Shown here: in pieces, positions 10,004-19,603 of the stretch
Layout: every line of letters begins with the position of its first letter
How positions within the stretch are numbered: position 1 is the first letter of the stretch
DNA from: Bradymonadales bacterium
Lineage (GTDB): Bacteria; Bdellovibrionota; UBA2394
NCBI GenBank assembly: GCA_007693605.1
Contig: REDG01000044.1
Location: 1 to 40,186 of the forward strand
Reading direction: 5' to 3'
DNA: 40,186 nt
Position numbers and translations under genes: made by a program
The notes under the pieces: model-generated
What the model saw: only the letters and a program-made list of their open reading frames with translations
Databases searched by the model: none
What the model was told of the DNA's origin: nothing

Positions 10004-10194
10004 GGGAGTGGTGATAAGGGTCCAGATACGCGAAGGCAAGGAGCGAGCATCGCAGTGTGGTTTGACGCCACTCGAGAAGCGCAGCGACGCAGCCGCCACT
10101 GCAAGGCGGGAAAGGAGCCTTGCAGCTATCCGCAAATCAAGTCGACCGAAGGTCGACCTGAGAGTGGAGGCAGATGGGCCTTTAGCGACACCTC
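10004..10194 (+). mobile_element. Complete ~190-bp structured MITE-like repeat, copy 2
   Basis: Imperfect terminal inverted repeats GGGAGTGGTGATAAGGGTCCA / TGGGCCTTTAGCGACAC; body matches 1-155; no transposase in the window, so mobility is inferred. Confidence 0.7.
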
Positions 10195-10201
10195 ACAGGG
10201 G

Positions 10202-10274
<73 letters not shown>

Positions 10275-10317
10275 CTGTCAGGGCGGCGGCTCTACACCAT
10301 GGCCAGCTCAACGGCTG

Positions 10318-10356
10318 TTGACAGATAGAATGAATTGTCATACTATTTTAGTATGA
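10318..10356 (+). promoter_or_regulatory. Sigma70 promoter with operator palindromes for the TA operon
   Basis: TTGACA-17-TACTAT; inverted repeats TGACA..TGTCA and TCATACTA-N3-TAGTATGA; ATG lies 6 nt after the -10. Confidence 0.75.
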
Positions 10357-10595
10357 AAGCCACTACCATTAAGCTCGAAGGACCTCTTCTTAAAGCCATT
10401 GAGACATCTAAGCCCAAATCAGAATCAATCTCTTCCTTTGTGCGTCGAATCATCGAGAAGTCCATTCGTCAAGACCGTATGATCGAAGCTGGAAGCGCTT
10501 ACAAAAAGTTTCTTACGGCGAATCCTGAGGAATCGAGCTGGTTAGTTGATTGGGAGGATGCTGATTTGGATGGTGGATTTGAGACTGCCCGTTGA
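10353..10595 (+). CDS. Putative antitoxin (ribbon-helix-helix-like N-terminus, acidic C-terminus)
   Basis: 80 aa; TTIKL...SISSFVRRII; WEDADL tail; overlaps the toxin start. Confidence 0.75.
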   Translation: MKATTIKLEGPLLKAIETSKPKSESISSFVRRIIEKSIRQDRMIEAGSAYKKFLTANPEESSWLVDWEDADLDGGFETAR

Positions 10596-10915
10596 GAAGG
10601 GGTGCGATTTGTTGGATTCAATTGGGTAAGGGCTCTCCGCCAGAGTTTGGCAAAACCAGGCCCGGACTCATTGTTTCGAATACGCAGCAAAATGAGATTT
10701 TGGATTCCGTCGTTGTAATCCCTCTCTCTAGTCAGCCACCCGAGATATGGCCTCTTCGAGTTAAGATTAATTTGCCGAAAAAGAAGCCTTCGTTCGTGGT
10801 CATTCCAGGAATGCGTCAGGTTAGCAAAGGTCGTTTGGGGGAGATCATTGGGTTTCTTTCTGCGAATGCAATGTCTGGAATTGATGAAGCTTTATTGACC
10901 TATCTTAACGATTAG
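10592..10915 (+). CDS. PemK/MazF family toxin
   Basis: RRGAICWI...EFGKTRPGLIVSN...VVVIPLSS. Confidence 0.88.
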   Translation: MRRGAICWIQLGKGSPPEFGKTRPGLIVSNTQQNEILDSVVVIPLSSQPPEIWPLRVKINLPKKKPSFVVIPGMRQVSKGRLGEIIGFLSANAMSGIDEALLTYLND

Positions 10916-11084
10916 GTCAGCTGACTCGGTGCAGATTTCTGAAGCAAGTTACACAAAATTGTTTATGCTCCCTTAAAATGCGCTCAATGAAGCTACTTTG
11001 CTCCACGAAGCTTCTGTTACCTATTGGAAGGACACACAGTATTCAGAATGCTGCATTCAGTACAAAACACGGAATGAGAGTCGG

Positions 11085-13244
11085 CTATTCTTTTTCGCCG
11101 CCGGTAAAGGTCTTGAGTTTTTTTGCACGAGAGGGGTGTCGAAGCTTCCGCAGGGCCTTGGCTTCGATCTGCCGAATCCGCTCGCGAGTGACCTCAAAAT
11201 CTTGTCCAACCTCTTCAAGGGTGTGGTCCGACTTCTCTCCGATTCCAAATCTCATTCGAAGAACCTTCTCTTCTCTTGGGGCAAGAGTGGCTAAAACCTT
11301 TCTAGTCTGAGCCGCCAAATTGTAATTCACGACCGCGTCTGTGGGCGAAACGGCGTTGGCGTCTTCGATGAAATCCCCCAAATGCGAATCTTCTTCTTCT
11401 CCAATGGGAGTGTCGAGAGAAATGGGCTCTTTCGCAATTTTCAAAACCTTTCTGACTTTCGACAGAGGCATCTCCATCTTTTCAGCGATCTCCTCGGGCG
11501 TGGGCTCTCGACCCAACTCCTGAACTAAATGCCTCGATGTGCGAATGAGTTTGTTGATCGTCTCGATCATATGAACCGGAATTCGAATCGTCCTTGCCTG
11601 ATCCGCAATGGCTCGAGTGATCGCCTGCCGAATCCACCAAGTGGCATAGGTAGAAAACTTATAACCCCGACGATACTCAAACTTGTCGACGGCCTTCATC
11701 AATCCAATATTGCCCTCTTGAATCAAATCCAAAAACTGAAGGCCTCGATTGGTATACTTCTTCGCGATACTGACCACCAAGCGAAGATTGGCCTCGACCA
11801 ATTCATTTTTGGCCAATTCGGTCTTAAGCTCTCCGCTTTTCACCTGCTTGTGAATCCGTTTGATATCACCCGACTGAAGGTGAACTTCTTTCTCAATCAA
11901 TTCGATTCGACGAGCCGCCGCTTTGTAGATTTCTATGGCCTCTGCCAAAGTCTCGCCACTGATCTTTAGTCTGGCTGAAACTTTTTTGGGATCTTCCTTC
12001 CCTTTGTCTAGAGTGACGACCAAATCTTTAATCTGATCTTCTTTCTGCCCCAGCTTCCTTTCGGCGAGTTGCACCGATTGACGACTCTTCTCAATTCGAG
12101 TCACTAAATTCTTTAGTTTGGCAGAGATTTTGTTGATGAACTTTCTGTTGAGATCAATCTCTTTCAAAATGGCAAAGATATCATCGCGAAGCTTGATGAC
12201 CTTGGCTTCAAGAGCTTCTTTCTCTTTTTTGTTTACAGACGGCATCTTCTCTCGGTTGGTGTTGATGTCGTTGTATTTTCTTCTGGCCTTTGCGATCAGT
12301 TTTAAAACTCGATCAGTTTGATCGGCTGCCGCCGCCGCCTCAGCGCTCGACTGAGCTTCTTCGTCGTCTTCGTCGACCGCCTCTTGATCTTGATTATTAG
12401 CGTTCTCGTCGTATCCCCGAATGATGTCATTGACACGAATGGTCTTTCTCTTCAATCGGTCTTCTAGCATGAGGATCTCTTTGATTCCAAAGTCCGATCT
12501 CAAAACAACACTGAGAACTTCGCTCTCACCATCTTCGATTCGCTTCGCAATCTCAACCTCTCCGTCTCGCGTGAGAAGAGAGACCTGCCCCATCTTGCGA
12601 AGGTACATTCGTATGGGATCATTGCTTCGACTCAGCGACTCGGCCTCGTCTTCGTCGTCCGTATCCATTGCGTGTTCTTGAGACTTTCTAGTCGACGGAA
12701 CGGGAGCGTCTTCTTTGGGCTTGAAGTCTTCAGCCTCATCCACCACCTCGATGTCCATCTCATCGAGCATCAACATGACATCGTCAATATCTTGATCTGA
12801 AGTCACATCTTCCGGCAAAGCCTCGTTCACCTCTTCGAAAGTCAGAAAGCCCTTTTCCTTGCCGGCGGCAATAAGCTGCTTCACTTCTTTCATTTCTTTT
12901 TGACGCTTTTTAAACTTTTTAGGCTTCTCTTTGGGCTCAGCCGACTTGGCCGCTTTCTTTTTACGAACGGCGCCAACCTCAAAACTTCGATCAGAAATGG
13001 TCGTCGCAAGTATCTTGCTAAGATCAACAGAAGGCTCTGCTCCAGCCGCTAACTTCATGCTCGAAGCAAGCCCCTTAGTTTTTTTTGCGGGTTTAGAGGA
13101 AACTTTTTTCTTCGGCTTTGCCACTGAAACGGCCGCAATCTTTTTTACTGAAGAGGCTTTCTTCTTCTGAACTTTCTTGTTTTTAGAAAGCTTTCTCGTA
13201 AGTTTCTTCTGTGTGCTGACTCGCTTCTTCTTTTTTTTCGTCAT
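11085..13244 (-). CDS. rpoD: RNA polymerase sigma factor RpoD
   Basis: [54 protein letters not shown]. Confidence 0.98.
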   Translation of the reverse strand: MTKKKKKRVSTQKKLTRKLSKNKKVQKKKASSVKKIAAVSVAKPKKKVSSKPAKKTKGLASSMKLAAGAEPSVDLSKILATTISDRSFEVGAVRKKKAAKSAEPKEKPKKFKKRQKEMKEVKQLIAAGKEKGFLTFEEVNEALPEDVTSDQDIDDVMLMLDEMDIEVVDEAEDFKPKEDAPVPSTRKSQEHAMDTDDEDEAESLSRSNDPIRMYLRKMGQVSLLTRDGEVEIAKRIEDGESEVLSVVLRSDFGIKEILMLEDRLKRKTIRVNDIIRGYDENANNQDQEAVDEDDEEAQSSAEAAAAADQTDRVLKLIAKARRKYNDINTNREKMPSVNKKEKEALEAKVIKLRDDIFAILKEIDLNRKFINKISAKLKNLVTRIEKSRQSVQLAERKLGQKEDQIKDLVVTLDKGKEDPKKVSARLKISGETLAEAIEIYKAAARRIELIEKEVHLQSGDIKRIHKQVKSGELKTELAKNELVEANLRLVVSIAKKYTNRGLQFLDLIQEGNIGLMKAVDKFEYRRGYKFSTYATWWIRQAITRAIADQARTIRIPVHMIETINKLIRTSRHLVQELGREPTPEEIAEKMEMPLSKVRKVLKIAKEPISLDTPIGEEEDSHLGDFIEDANAVSPTDAVVNYNLAAQTRKVLATLAPREEKVLRMRFGIGEKSDHTLEEVGQDFEVTRERIRQIEAKALRKLRHPSRAKKLKTFTGGEKE

Positions 13245-13285
13245 GATCAAAAATCCTTAAAATTCTCCGTTAAAACCTAAACAAA

Positions 13286-15049
13286 CTAAACCACTGAACT
13301 CTCGTCGAGAAGTCGAACTAGATCTTGCTTCTCTCTTAAAATTGCCTTCACCGTCTTCACATCATTTGCTGCCTCAGCTGATTCCAAGGCAGTTTGAAGC
13401 CTCATCCCTTCTCGTTTTATAAACTCCGATTTTAGTCGCTTCCTGATTTGCGTCCAGACGAAGTCTAGGCTTTCTTGGTCGGAATCTTTTGTCCTTTCCT
13501 CGATTAACCATTCCCGAACTTCTGCCTGCATCTCCTCCGATTCGGTCTCAAGCCACTTCAAAGATGAGATGTCTTCCCCCTCTGCTAAGAGCTTCCTTAG
13601 GAGTTTCGACCATGGGCCCTGATCTTCAACGAAACTCAAGATTTCTGTTGCCTGAAGCTCTAGATCATTACCCCAGAGGATCATGAATTTCAAGGCCTCC
13701 CTGTAAATCGGGGGCTCCTGGGCATTCCGACCATGATCCTGCTCTCTAAAGCCCCCTGAGGGCTTAAACGGGGCTTCAGGAGGCCTGTTTTCAAGCATTT
13801 CCCAGGGGATTTTGAAGCGACTCGATATCTCGCGCTTCAGGGCGGTTCTCTGAAGCGGATCTGGGGACCGATCAAGAAGCTCAACCAGATCTCGAAGCCT
13901 CTTGGCTCTCAAAACGCTATCCGTCTCTGAGAGCACCCGATGTTGAATGAGAAAGTCTAAGGCGGGCTGAGCCCCCTTCAGAGCCTGGCGCCAGGCCTTC
14001 AATCGATCTTCCCCTTTGAGCCTCAGACTCTCAAAGAAAGAGTCAGGGTCTTTGGCCCCCCCTGGCAGGATCAAAACCTTGGCATTGACGGCCTCTCGAA
14101 TATACAGATCTAGACTTCGCTCCGTCGCTTTCAATCCGGCCTCATCCCCGTCAAAAAGTGAAAGCAAGCGATGAGTCCATCGCTTTAGTTTACGAATCTG
14201 ATCAGCCGTCAGAGCCGTACCCATACTTCCGACGGCATTGCGAATTCCCTCTCGATGCAGAGCGATCACATCCATATAGCCTTCAACCAAGATCACATAG
14301 TCTCGCTTTCTGATTAAATCAGAAGCAAGGCTCATGCCATAAAGGAGCTTTTTCTTGTCAAAGAGCGCCGAGGCCGGCGAATTGATGTACTTGGGTTGCT
14401 CATTTCCAAGGCTTCGGGCCCCAAAGCCCCGAATTCGTCCTCTCTCGTCTGCAATGGGAAAGATGAGCCGACCACGCCATCGGTCGCTCCAATCGCTAGG
14501 CGGCTTGCGACCCACAATCCCCAGTTTCGAGGCAATGTCCCGAGAAAGCTGCGCCCTCTTCAAAAAGGAAAGGACCTCTTGTGAACCCCCAAGATGGGCA
14601 CCCAAACGAAAATCTTTGGCGACAGACTTAGGAATGCCGCGAGTTTTTAGATAGTCTTGAAAGGCCTTTGCCTTCGAGCTCCAAAGTTGCTCTTCGAAAA
14701 ACTCGGCCGTCTTTTCAAGAATCGCCAGGCTCTCATCCCAATCCCCTGATCGATCTGATTGAGACAGAGACACCCCCGCTCTCTTGGCGAGCTCTTCGAC
14801 CGCCTGTCGAAAGTCATAGCGATGATACAGCTGAACAAACTTGAAAAGATCCCCGCCAGCCTTACACCCGAAGCAATGAAAGAGCTGCCTCTCTCCCGAG
14901 ACCGAAAATGAAGCGGTCTTCTCTGCGTGAAACGGACAGCAGCCGAAATAGTTGTTGCCCTTTTTCTGAAGGGGAACCACTTCTCCGATGACCTGAATAA
15001 TGTCTAAATTCGATTTTATTTGCTCAAGCTGAGAGCTTGGGACGGCCAC
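13286..15049 (-). CDS. dnaG: DNA primase
   Basis: CPFHAEKTASF...CFGC zinc finger; PKYINSP; VEGYMD; FDGDEAG. Confidence 0.97.
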   Translation of the reverse strand: MAVPSSQLEQIKSNLDIIQVIGEVVPLQKKGNNYFGCCPFHAEKTASFSVSGERQLFHCFGCKAGGDLFKFVQLYHRYDFRQAVEELAKRAGVSLSQSDRSGDWDESLAILEKTAEFFEEQLWSSKAKAFQDYLKTRGIPKSVAKDFRLGAHLGGSQEVLSFLKRAQLSRDIASKLGIVGRKPPSDWSDRWRGRLIFPIADERGRIRGFGARSLGNEQPKYINSPASALFDKKKLLYGMSLASDLIRKRDYVILVEGYMDVIALHREGIRNAVGSMGTALTADQIRKLKRWTHRLLSLFDGDEAGLKATERSLDLYIREAVNAKVLILPGGAKDPDSFFESLRLKGEDRLKAWRQALKGAQPALDFLIQHRVLSETDSVLRAKRLRDLVELLDRSPDPLQRTALKREISSRFKIPWEMLENRPPEAPFKPSGGFREQDHGRNAQEPPIYREALKFMILWGNDLELQATEILSFVEDQGPWSKLLRKLLAEGEDISSLKWLETESEEMQAEVREWLIEERTKDSDQESLDFVWTQIRKRLKSEFIKREGMRLQTALESAEAANDVKTVKAILREKQDLVRLLDESSVV

Positions 15050-15064
15050 GCGGTCCTCCCCTCT

Positions 15065-15514
15065 TTAAGCGAGCTTTTTCTTCACAAGATCGCTGAGCAC
15101 TTTTCCGTCAACACGACCCAATGTCTGCGGACCCAAGTCCTTCATTACCGCCCCCATATCTTTCATGGTCGACGCGCCCAGTTTTTTTATGCTGGCCTGA
15201 ACCAGTTCTGCCAGCTCCGAGTCAGTCAAAGCCTTGGGCAAGTAGCTGGAAATCACTTCCAGCTCTTTCCGCTCTTTTTCTGCCGACTCAGACTTGCCCG
15301 CCGCCTCATACTGCTCAATGGCTTCTTTGCGCTGTTTGACCAAGCTCTGAAAGATGGCAAGGCAATCTGCCTCTGAAAGAGACTCGGCCTTCTTCTCAAC
15401 CAGTTTATACTTGAACGCAGACTTCATCGAGCGCAAGCAATCGAGACGAACTTGATCTCGAGCGCGCATCGCATCCTTTATTTCTTGGGACAGTCTTTCG
15501 TCAAAGGGGGTCAA
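15065..15514 (-). CDS. GatB/YqeY domain protein
   Basis: [28 protein letters not shown]; lies between rpsU and dnaG. Confidence 0.92.
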   Translation of the reverse strand: MTPFDERLSQEIKDAMRARDQVRLDCLRSMKSAFKYKLVEKKAESLSEADCLAIFQSLVKQRKEAIEQYEAAGKSESAEKERKELEVISSYLPKALTDSELAELVQASIKKLGASTMKDMGAVMKDLGPQTLGRVDGKVLSDLVKKKLA

Positions 15515-15711
15515 ATTCCCCGTTCCTTGGTCTTGTTTCTCTGAGCTCTTTTGATCGCTGCAACCTGTTTGCGCTTTCTTCGCACGGAAGGTTTCTCAAA
15601 AAACTCTCGTTTTCTCAATTCCGTCAAAATGCCAGCTTTCTCCACGATCTTTTTGAAGCGCTTTAAGGCTACCTCAAAGTACTCACCATCTTTTACTCGT
15701 ACTGATGTCAT
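15511..15711 (-). CDS. rpsU: 30S ribosomal protein S21
   Basis: ALKRFKK...[14 protein letters not shown]. Confidence 0.96.
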   Translation of the reverse strand: MTSVRVKDGEYFEVALKRFKKIVEKAGILTELRKREFFEKPSVRRKRKQVAAIKRAQRNKTKERGI

Positions 15712-15781
15712 GTGGACCTTCTAGAAAAGCCCTAGGCCCAAGTCAAAGCCTTTTCCTCTGGGACTGGAGCATATTGGACCA

Positions 15782-17080
15782 CTAGAGAAGGCGCGATGAA
15801 AAAACGGCCTCGTGGGCCATAAAGCCCTCCGTCTCAGAGAGCTCTAAAGAGGCTTTCTGAAAGCGCTGTAGAGCCTCCTTCTGGATCTCCACGACACTAA
15901 ACTGCCGACTAAAGGTCGCAGGGGTGGTCAGACTAAAATGAGAGGCACTCCCCAATGTTGAGACTAAGCCCGTCGCTCCTCCAATCAGATCCAAACTGAC
16001 CGGAGTCGTGTAATGCCCCAAAAGCAGACTGCCGCAAGAAGACACCCGACCGATATGCTCAGCCGCGTTATCCAAGACGAGGCAAAGAAGCCCGGGCGAC
16101 AGGCGATTCACGACCTGAAAACTATCCTCCAATCTCTTCATTAGAAGAAGATGGGTATTCGACTCCAAACAGTTTCTGACCGCATCCCGACTCTCGTGAC
16201 TCTTGAGATTCTGAATCAACAAAATGATTTCTTCAATCAGACTTTGAAGCCATCGCTCTTGTTGATGGAAAACAAAGACCTCCGCATTGGGATTGTGATC
16301 CGAAAGTCCCACAATATCGGCCGCTACAGATCTCACAGAACTTGAGGTGTCACAGACGAAGGCCACTTCGGTGGGACCCGGAAATCCGTCAATGCCCACC
16401 TCTGAAGAGAGCCTTTGCTTCGCCACCACCCCGAGCTTGCTGGTGGCCCCGACTAGTTTCTGCACGGCTTCGGTGTCTTGAGTCCCAAGCGCCAGTGCCG
16501 AAAGACCGCCCACCCCGCCGGCCAATAGAATCTTGTCAATCTCGAATACCTTTGCCGCATACAAGAGCGCCGGATCGACGAAGGGCGGGCCCATTCGCTT
16601 GTCAGGTGGAGTGGCCACCAGTAGTTCTTCGACTCCGGCAATGCGGGCTGGCACAGCGTTTAAAATCATGGTCAAAAAATAGGCCTTCGGCACATAAATT
16701 CCCACCCGATCGAGCGGTCGGACTTCAACCCCCCAGTACAGGCCGGCCTCTTCTTGGGTTTGAAAAGCACTGGGACGAAGCTCCTTCTGAAATCGCTCCA
16801 CCCGAAGGATTAGGGCATCGATGGATTGCCGAAGCTTTCCTGACACGAGCTTGTGTGCATTTCGAATCTGATCGGGCTGAACCCACAACTCTGCCTCTTC
16901 AATTTCCACATGGTCAAAGCGCTTCGCGAACTCAATCAGAGCCCCCTCTTTCTTCTCGCGATATTCTGCAATCAAGGCGTCGGCCTCAAGAAAGTACTTT
17001 TCTTGAACTCTTTGCCTTCGATTTAAAAAATTCTGAAAACTCTCTTCGAAGTTGTCGTGACTCTGATCAATGATTCTCAC
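15782..17080 (-). CDS. Histidinol dehydrogenase-like protein with degenerate active site
   Basis: PLDRVGIYVP, PARIAGV, IDGFPGPTE; catalytic motifs altered (see findings). Confidence 0.85.
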   Translation of the reverse strand: MRIIDQSHDNFEESFQNFLNRRQRVQEKYFLEADALIAEYREKKEGALIEFAKRFDHVEIEEAELWVQPDQIRNAHKLVSGKLRQSIDALILRVERFQKELRPSAFQTQEEAGLYWGVEVRPLDRVGIYVPKAYFLTMILNAVPARIAGVEELLVATPPDKRMGPPFVDPALLYAAKVFEIDKILLAGGVGGLSALALGTQDTEAVQKLVGATSKLGVVAKQRLSSEVGIDGFPGPTEVAFVCDTSSSVRSVAADIVGLSDHNPNAEVFVFHQQERWLQSLIEEIILLIQNLKSHESRDAVRNCLESNTHLLLMKRLEDSFQVVNRLSPGLLCLVLDNAAEHIGRVSSCGSLLLGHYTTPVSLDLIGGATGLVSTLGSASHFSLTTPATFSRQFSVVEIQKEALQRFQKASLELSETEGFMAHEAVFSSRLL

Positions 17081-18396
17081 TGAGGAGCCCTCCAGATTCT
17101 TGCTCCTAGGCCTTGAAGATTCTCTTCAATATTTTCGTAGCCCCGATCGAGATGGTAGACTCTTAGAACTTGAGTCTTTCCCTTTGCCGCCAGACCCGCC
17201 AAAACAAGAGAAGCCGAAGCCCTCAGATCGCTGGCCATGACCGAGGCCCCACTCAAGCCCTTCACCCCTTTGATGGTCGCCACCGCAGCGTTGAGCTTAA
17301 TCTGAGCCCCCATTCTCTTCAACTCGCTCACATGCTGAAACCGATTTTCGAATACGGTCTCGTGAATCTGGCTCGATCCGTCGGCAATCGACAAGCACGC
17401 CATGAACTGAGCTTGAGCATCTGTCGGAAAGCCCGGAAAGGGCGCCGTTTCAATGTCGGTCGCCTTCAGCGAATCCGCACTCAAGCTGACCTCTAAGTAC
17501 TCCCTTGCCTTCGCTCCCTGCCAAAGTTGAGAATGGGTTGAATGGAGGTTTCCCACACGAGAGAGCATTTCCTCTCTGCGCTCTTCCACCTGACAACTCA
17601 TGTCTTTGAACTTCTGAATGACTGCACCAAGGCTGCTCTGATCGTAAGGGCGACAACGGATCTCTCCACCCGTGATGGCCGCAGCGGCCAAATAAGTTAA
17701 AAGTTGAATTCGATCTGGAGGAACTCGCCAATTCAGTCCAGAAAGCTGTGAGACTCCCTCAATCCTTAACTGAGCCGTCCCCTCACCTTCAATTTTCGCA
17801 CCCATCGCCTTGAGAGCATGAGCGACTTCTGTCACCTCTGGCTCTTGAGCCATATTTTCAAAATGACTCACTCCCTCTGCCAAACTGGCTGCCATCATCA
17901 AATTGATACTGCCTGTGACCGTTGGAAAGGGAAGACTGAAGTGACAGCCCTTCAATCGAGAGGCACTCGCGAAGATGTAACCTCCCTCAATTTCGATTTT
18001 CGCTCCCATTTCTCGCAGCCCTTCCAAATGAATATCGATGGGTCGATCCCCGATATTACACCCGCCTGGCAGAGAAACTTCAGCCCGACCCTCTCTGGCC
18101 AGCAGTGGCCCCAAAACCAAGATAGAGGCTCGCATTTTTCGAACGATTTCGTAGTCCGCCCGAATCGATCGGATGTTTTTCGTCTGAAATTGTCCTGGCG
18201 CAGCCTCCTCAGCACCCAAATCTTTCAAGAGAGCCCGCATGCTCTCAATATCTGCCACAGCCGGAAGAGCTTCCAAACTAACGGGAGCCGAAGTCATCAA
18301 TGACAGGCACATCAGCGGAAGGGCGGCGTTCTTAGAACTCGGCACCTCAAGGGTTCCAGAGAGCCTCTTTCCGCCCTCAATCCACAAGCAGTCCAT
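17077..18396 (-). CDS. murA: UDP-N-acetylglucosamine 1-carboxyvinyltransferase
   Basis: KNAALP, KMRASILVLGPLL, LPGGCNIGDRP, PGFPTD, DLRASASL, HLDRGYE; SD GAGGA before ATG 18396. Confidence 0.97.
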   Translation of the reverse strand: MDCLWIEGGKRLSGTLEVPSSKNAALPLMCLSLMTSAPVSLEALPAVADIESMRALLKDLGAEEAAPGQFQTKNIRSIRADYEIVRKMRASILVLGPLLAREGRAEVSLPGGCNIGDRPIDIHLEGLREMGAKIEIEGGYIFASASRLKGCHFSLPFPTVTGSINLMMAASLAEGVSHFENMAQEPEVTEVAHALKAMGAKIEGEGTAQLRIEGVSQLSGLNWRVPPDRIQLLTYLAAAAITGGEIRCRPYDQSSLGAVIQKFKDMSCQVEERREEMLSRVGNLHSTHSQLWQGAKAREYLEVSLSADSLKATDIETAPFPGFPTDAQAQFMACLSIADGSSQIHETVFENRFQHVSELKRMGAQIKLNAAVATIKGVKGLSGASVMASDLRASASLVLAGLAAKGKTQVLRVYHLDRGYENIEENLQGLGARIWRAPQ

Positions 18397-18480
18397 TCTG
18401 TTTCCTCTCTCAGACCCGGGTCTGAAGTTTGAATATAGAAAATGCCCGTCCAAAACTCAATGGCCGTATCCCCAAAGCAG

Positions 18481-18765
18481 ATGGTCTACTAAATCCAGTT
18501 CCTTTGCGAAGGGGCGTTGGCAGGTGAAGCAGTGACTGTGCTCTTTGGCATGAGTTTTGGAAGACAGCCGATGGGGCTCTCCGAGCGGCTGGGCCAAGTA
18601 ACGAAGTAAAGTGTTTACAGCGCGAGGAGGAGCGGGCCCTGGACGATATCGAAGTTATCTGAAATTCTAGGCGGTCCCCAGCGGATGCTTCCAAAACTCA
18701 TGCTGAACTCTGAGGTCATGGGACTTGACTGAAGCGAGGGCAGATGGGCCTTTAGCGACACTCCC
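18481..18765 (+). repeat. Third member of the repeat family: same right terminus, different structured interior
   Basis: 28-nt identity with 128-155 at 18738-18765; perfect 16-bp inverted repeat at 18548-18563/18688-18703; left boundary approximate. Confidence 0.65.
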
Positions 18766-19603
18766 AAAGCAGAAAGCAATCTTGCTGCCTAAGACCATTA
18801 ACCCCAAGGCCAGAAGCAAAAGACAAAAGACGGCTTCTTTGAGCTTCGTCCTTTGTTTCGAGAATCATCAAGCCCGGTGTCTTGAGTGCGCCCGACCATC
18901 GATTGAGAATCGATTTGAGAATCTCATCACCGTGATCCCCTGAACACAAAGAGATTCGAGGCTCATAGTTTTTGATCTCTGGCTCCAATGTCTCCAAGAA
19001 GTCCTCGCTCAAATAAGGCGGATTGGAAACGATCAGATCGAAGGAGCTCTTGGGCTCATAAGCACGAAGGTCCGAATGAATCCAGTTAACCTTCTTCAGG
19101 CCAAGTCTGTCCGCATTGATTTGAGCGAGCTTCAAGGCCTCTGAACTAATATCTAGCGCGTGATAGGCCCAAGCCTCTCCAAGTCTTTTCGCCAGACTCA
19201 AGACAATGCAACCCGAACCCGTCCCGAGATCAATCAGTTCCCCTGACTTCAAGCCCTTTTCTTTCACCCAATCTAGAGCAATTTCTATCAGAGCCTCAGT
19301 CTCAGGACGGGGGGTCAGCACTGAGGAGTTCACCCGAAAACGAAGACCAAAAAACTCCTTCTCTTGCCGGAGATGAGAGAAGGGCTCTCGGTTTAATCGT
19401 CGTGAGAGAAGCTCTCTCCAGACTTTCTCAGTATCAAAGCTCAGGTTGGCATCCGTCTTGAGAACTAAGTCTTCAACAGAAATGTCCAAGGCCAAGGCCA
19501 TCAACAGGCGGGCTTCTCGGTGAGGGTTCTCGACCCCCTTGTCTTTTAAAGAATTCGCGCCTTCTTGCAAATGCGCAAGAATGGTCTTTGAATCTTGCGC
19601 CAT
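18752..19603 (-). CDS. prmC: Release factor glutamine methyltransferase
   Basis: PRPETE, DLGTGSG, SNPPY; follows prfA. Confidence 0.95.
   Translation of the reverse strand: MAQDSKTILAHLQEGANSLKDKGVENPHREARLLMALALDISVEDLVLKTDANLSFDTEKVWRELLSRRLNREPFSHLRQEKEFFGLRFRVNSSVLTPRPETEALIEIALDWVKEKGLKSGELIDLGTGSGCIVLSLAKRLGEAWAYHALDISSEALKLAQINADRLGLKKVNWIHSDLRAYEPKSSFDLIVSNPPYLSEDFLETLEPEIKNYEPRISLCSGDHGDEILKSILNRWSGALKTPGLMILETKDEAQRSRLLSFASGLGVNGLRQQDCFLLWECR

Noticed and set aside
10275..11084. Integrative element at the tRNA
   Set aside because: No integrase and no duplicated tRNA 3' end
10978..11310. 110-aa and 98-aa plus-strand ORFs
   Set aside because: Mostly antisense to conserved rpoD region 4
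18397..18453. N-terminal extension of MurA in the ORF track
   Set aside because: Homology and the SD sequence point to ATG 18396
18548..18703. 6S RNA
   Set aside because: It has a closing stem, but the interior looks multibranched and no 6S motif was recognised; cmscan is needed to exclude it fully
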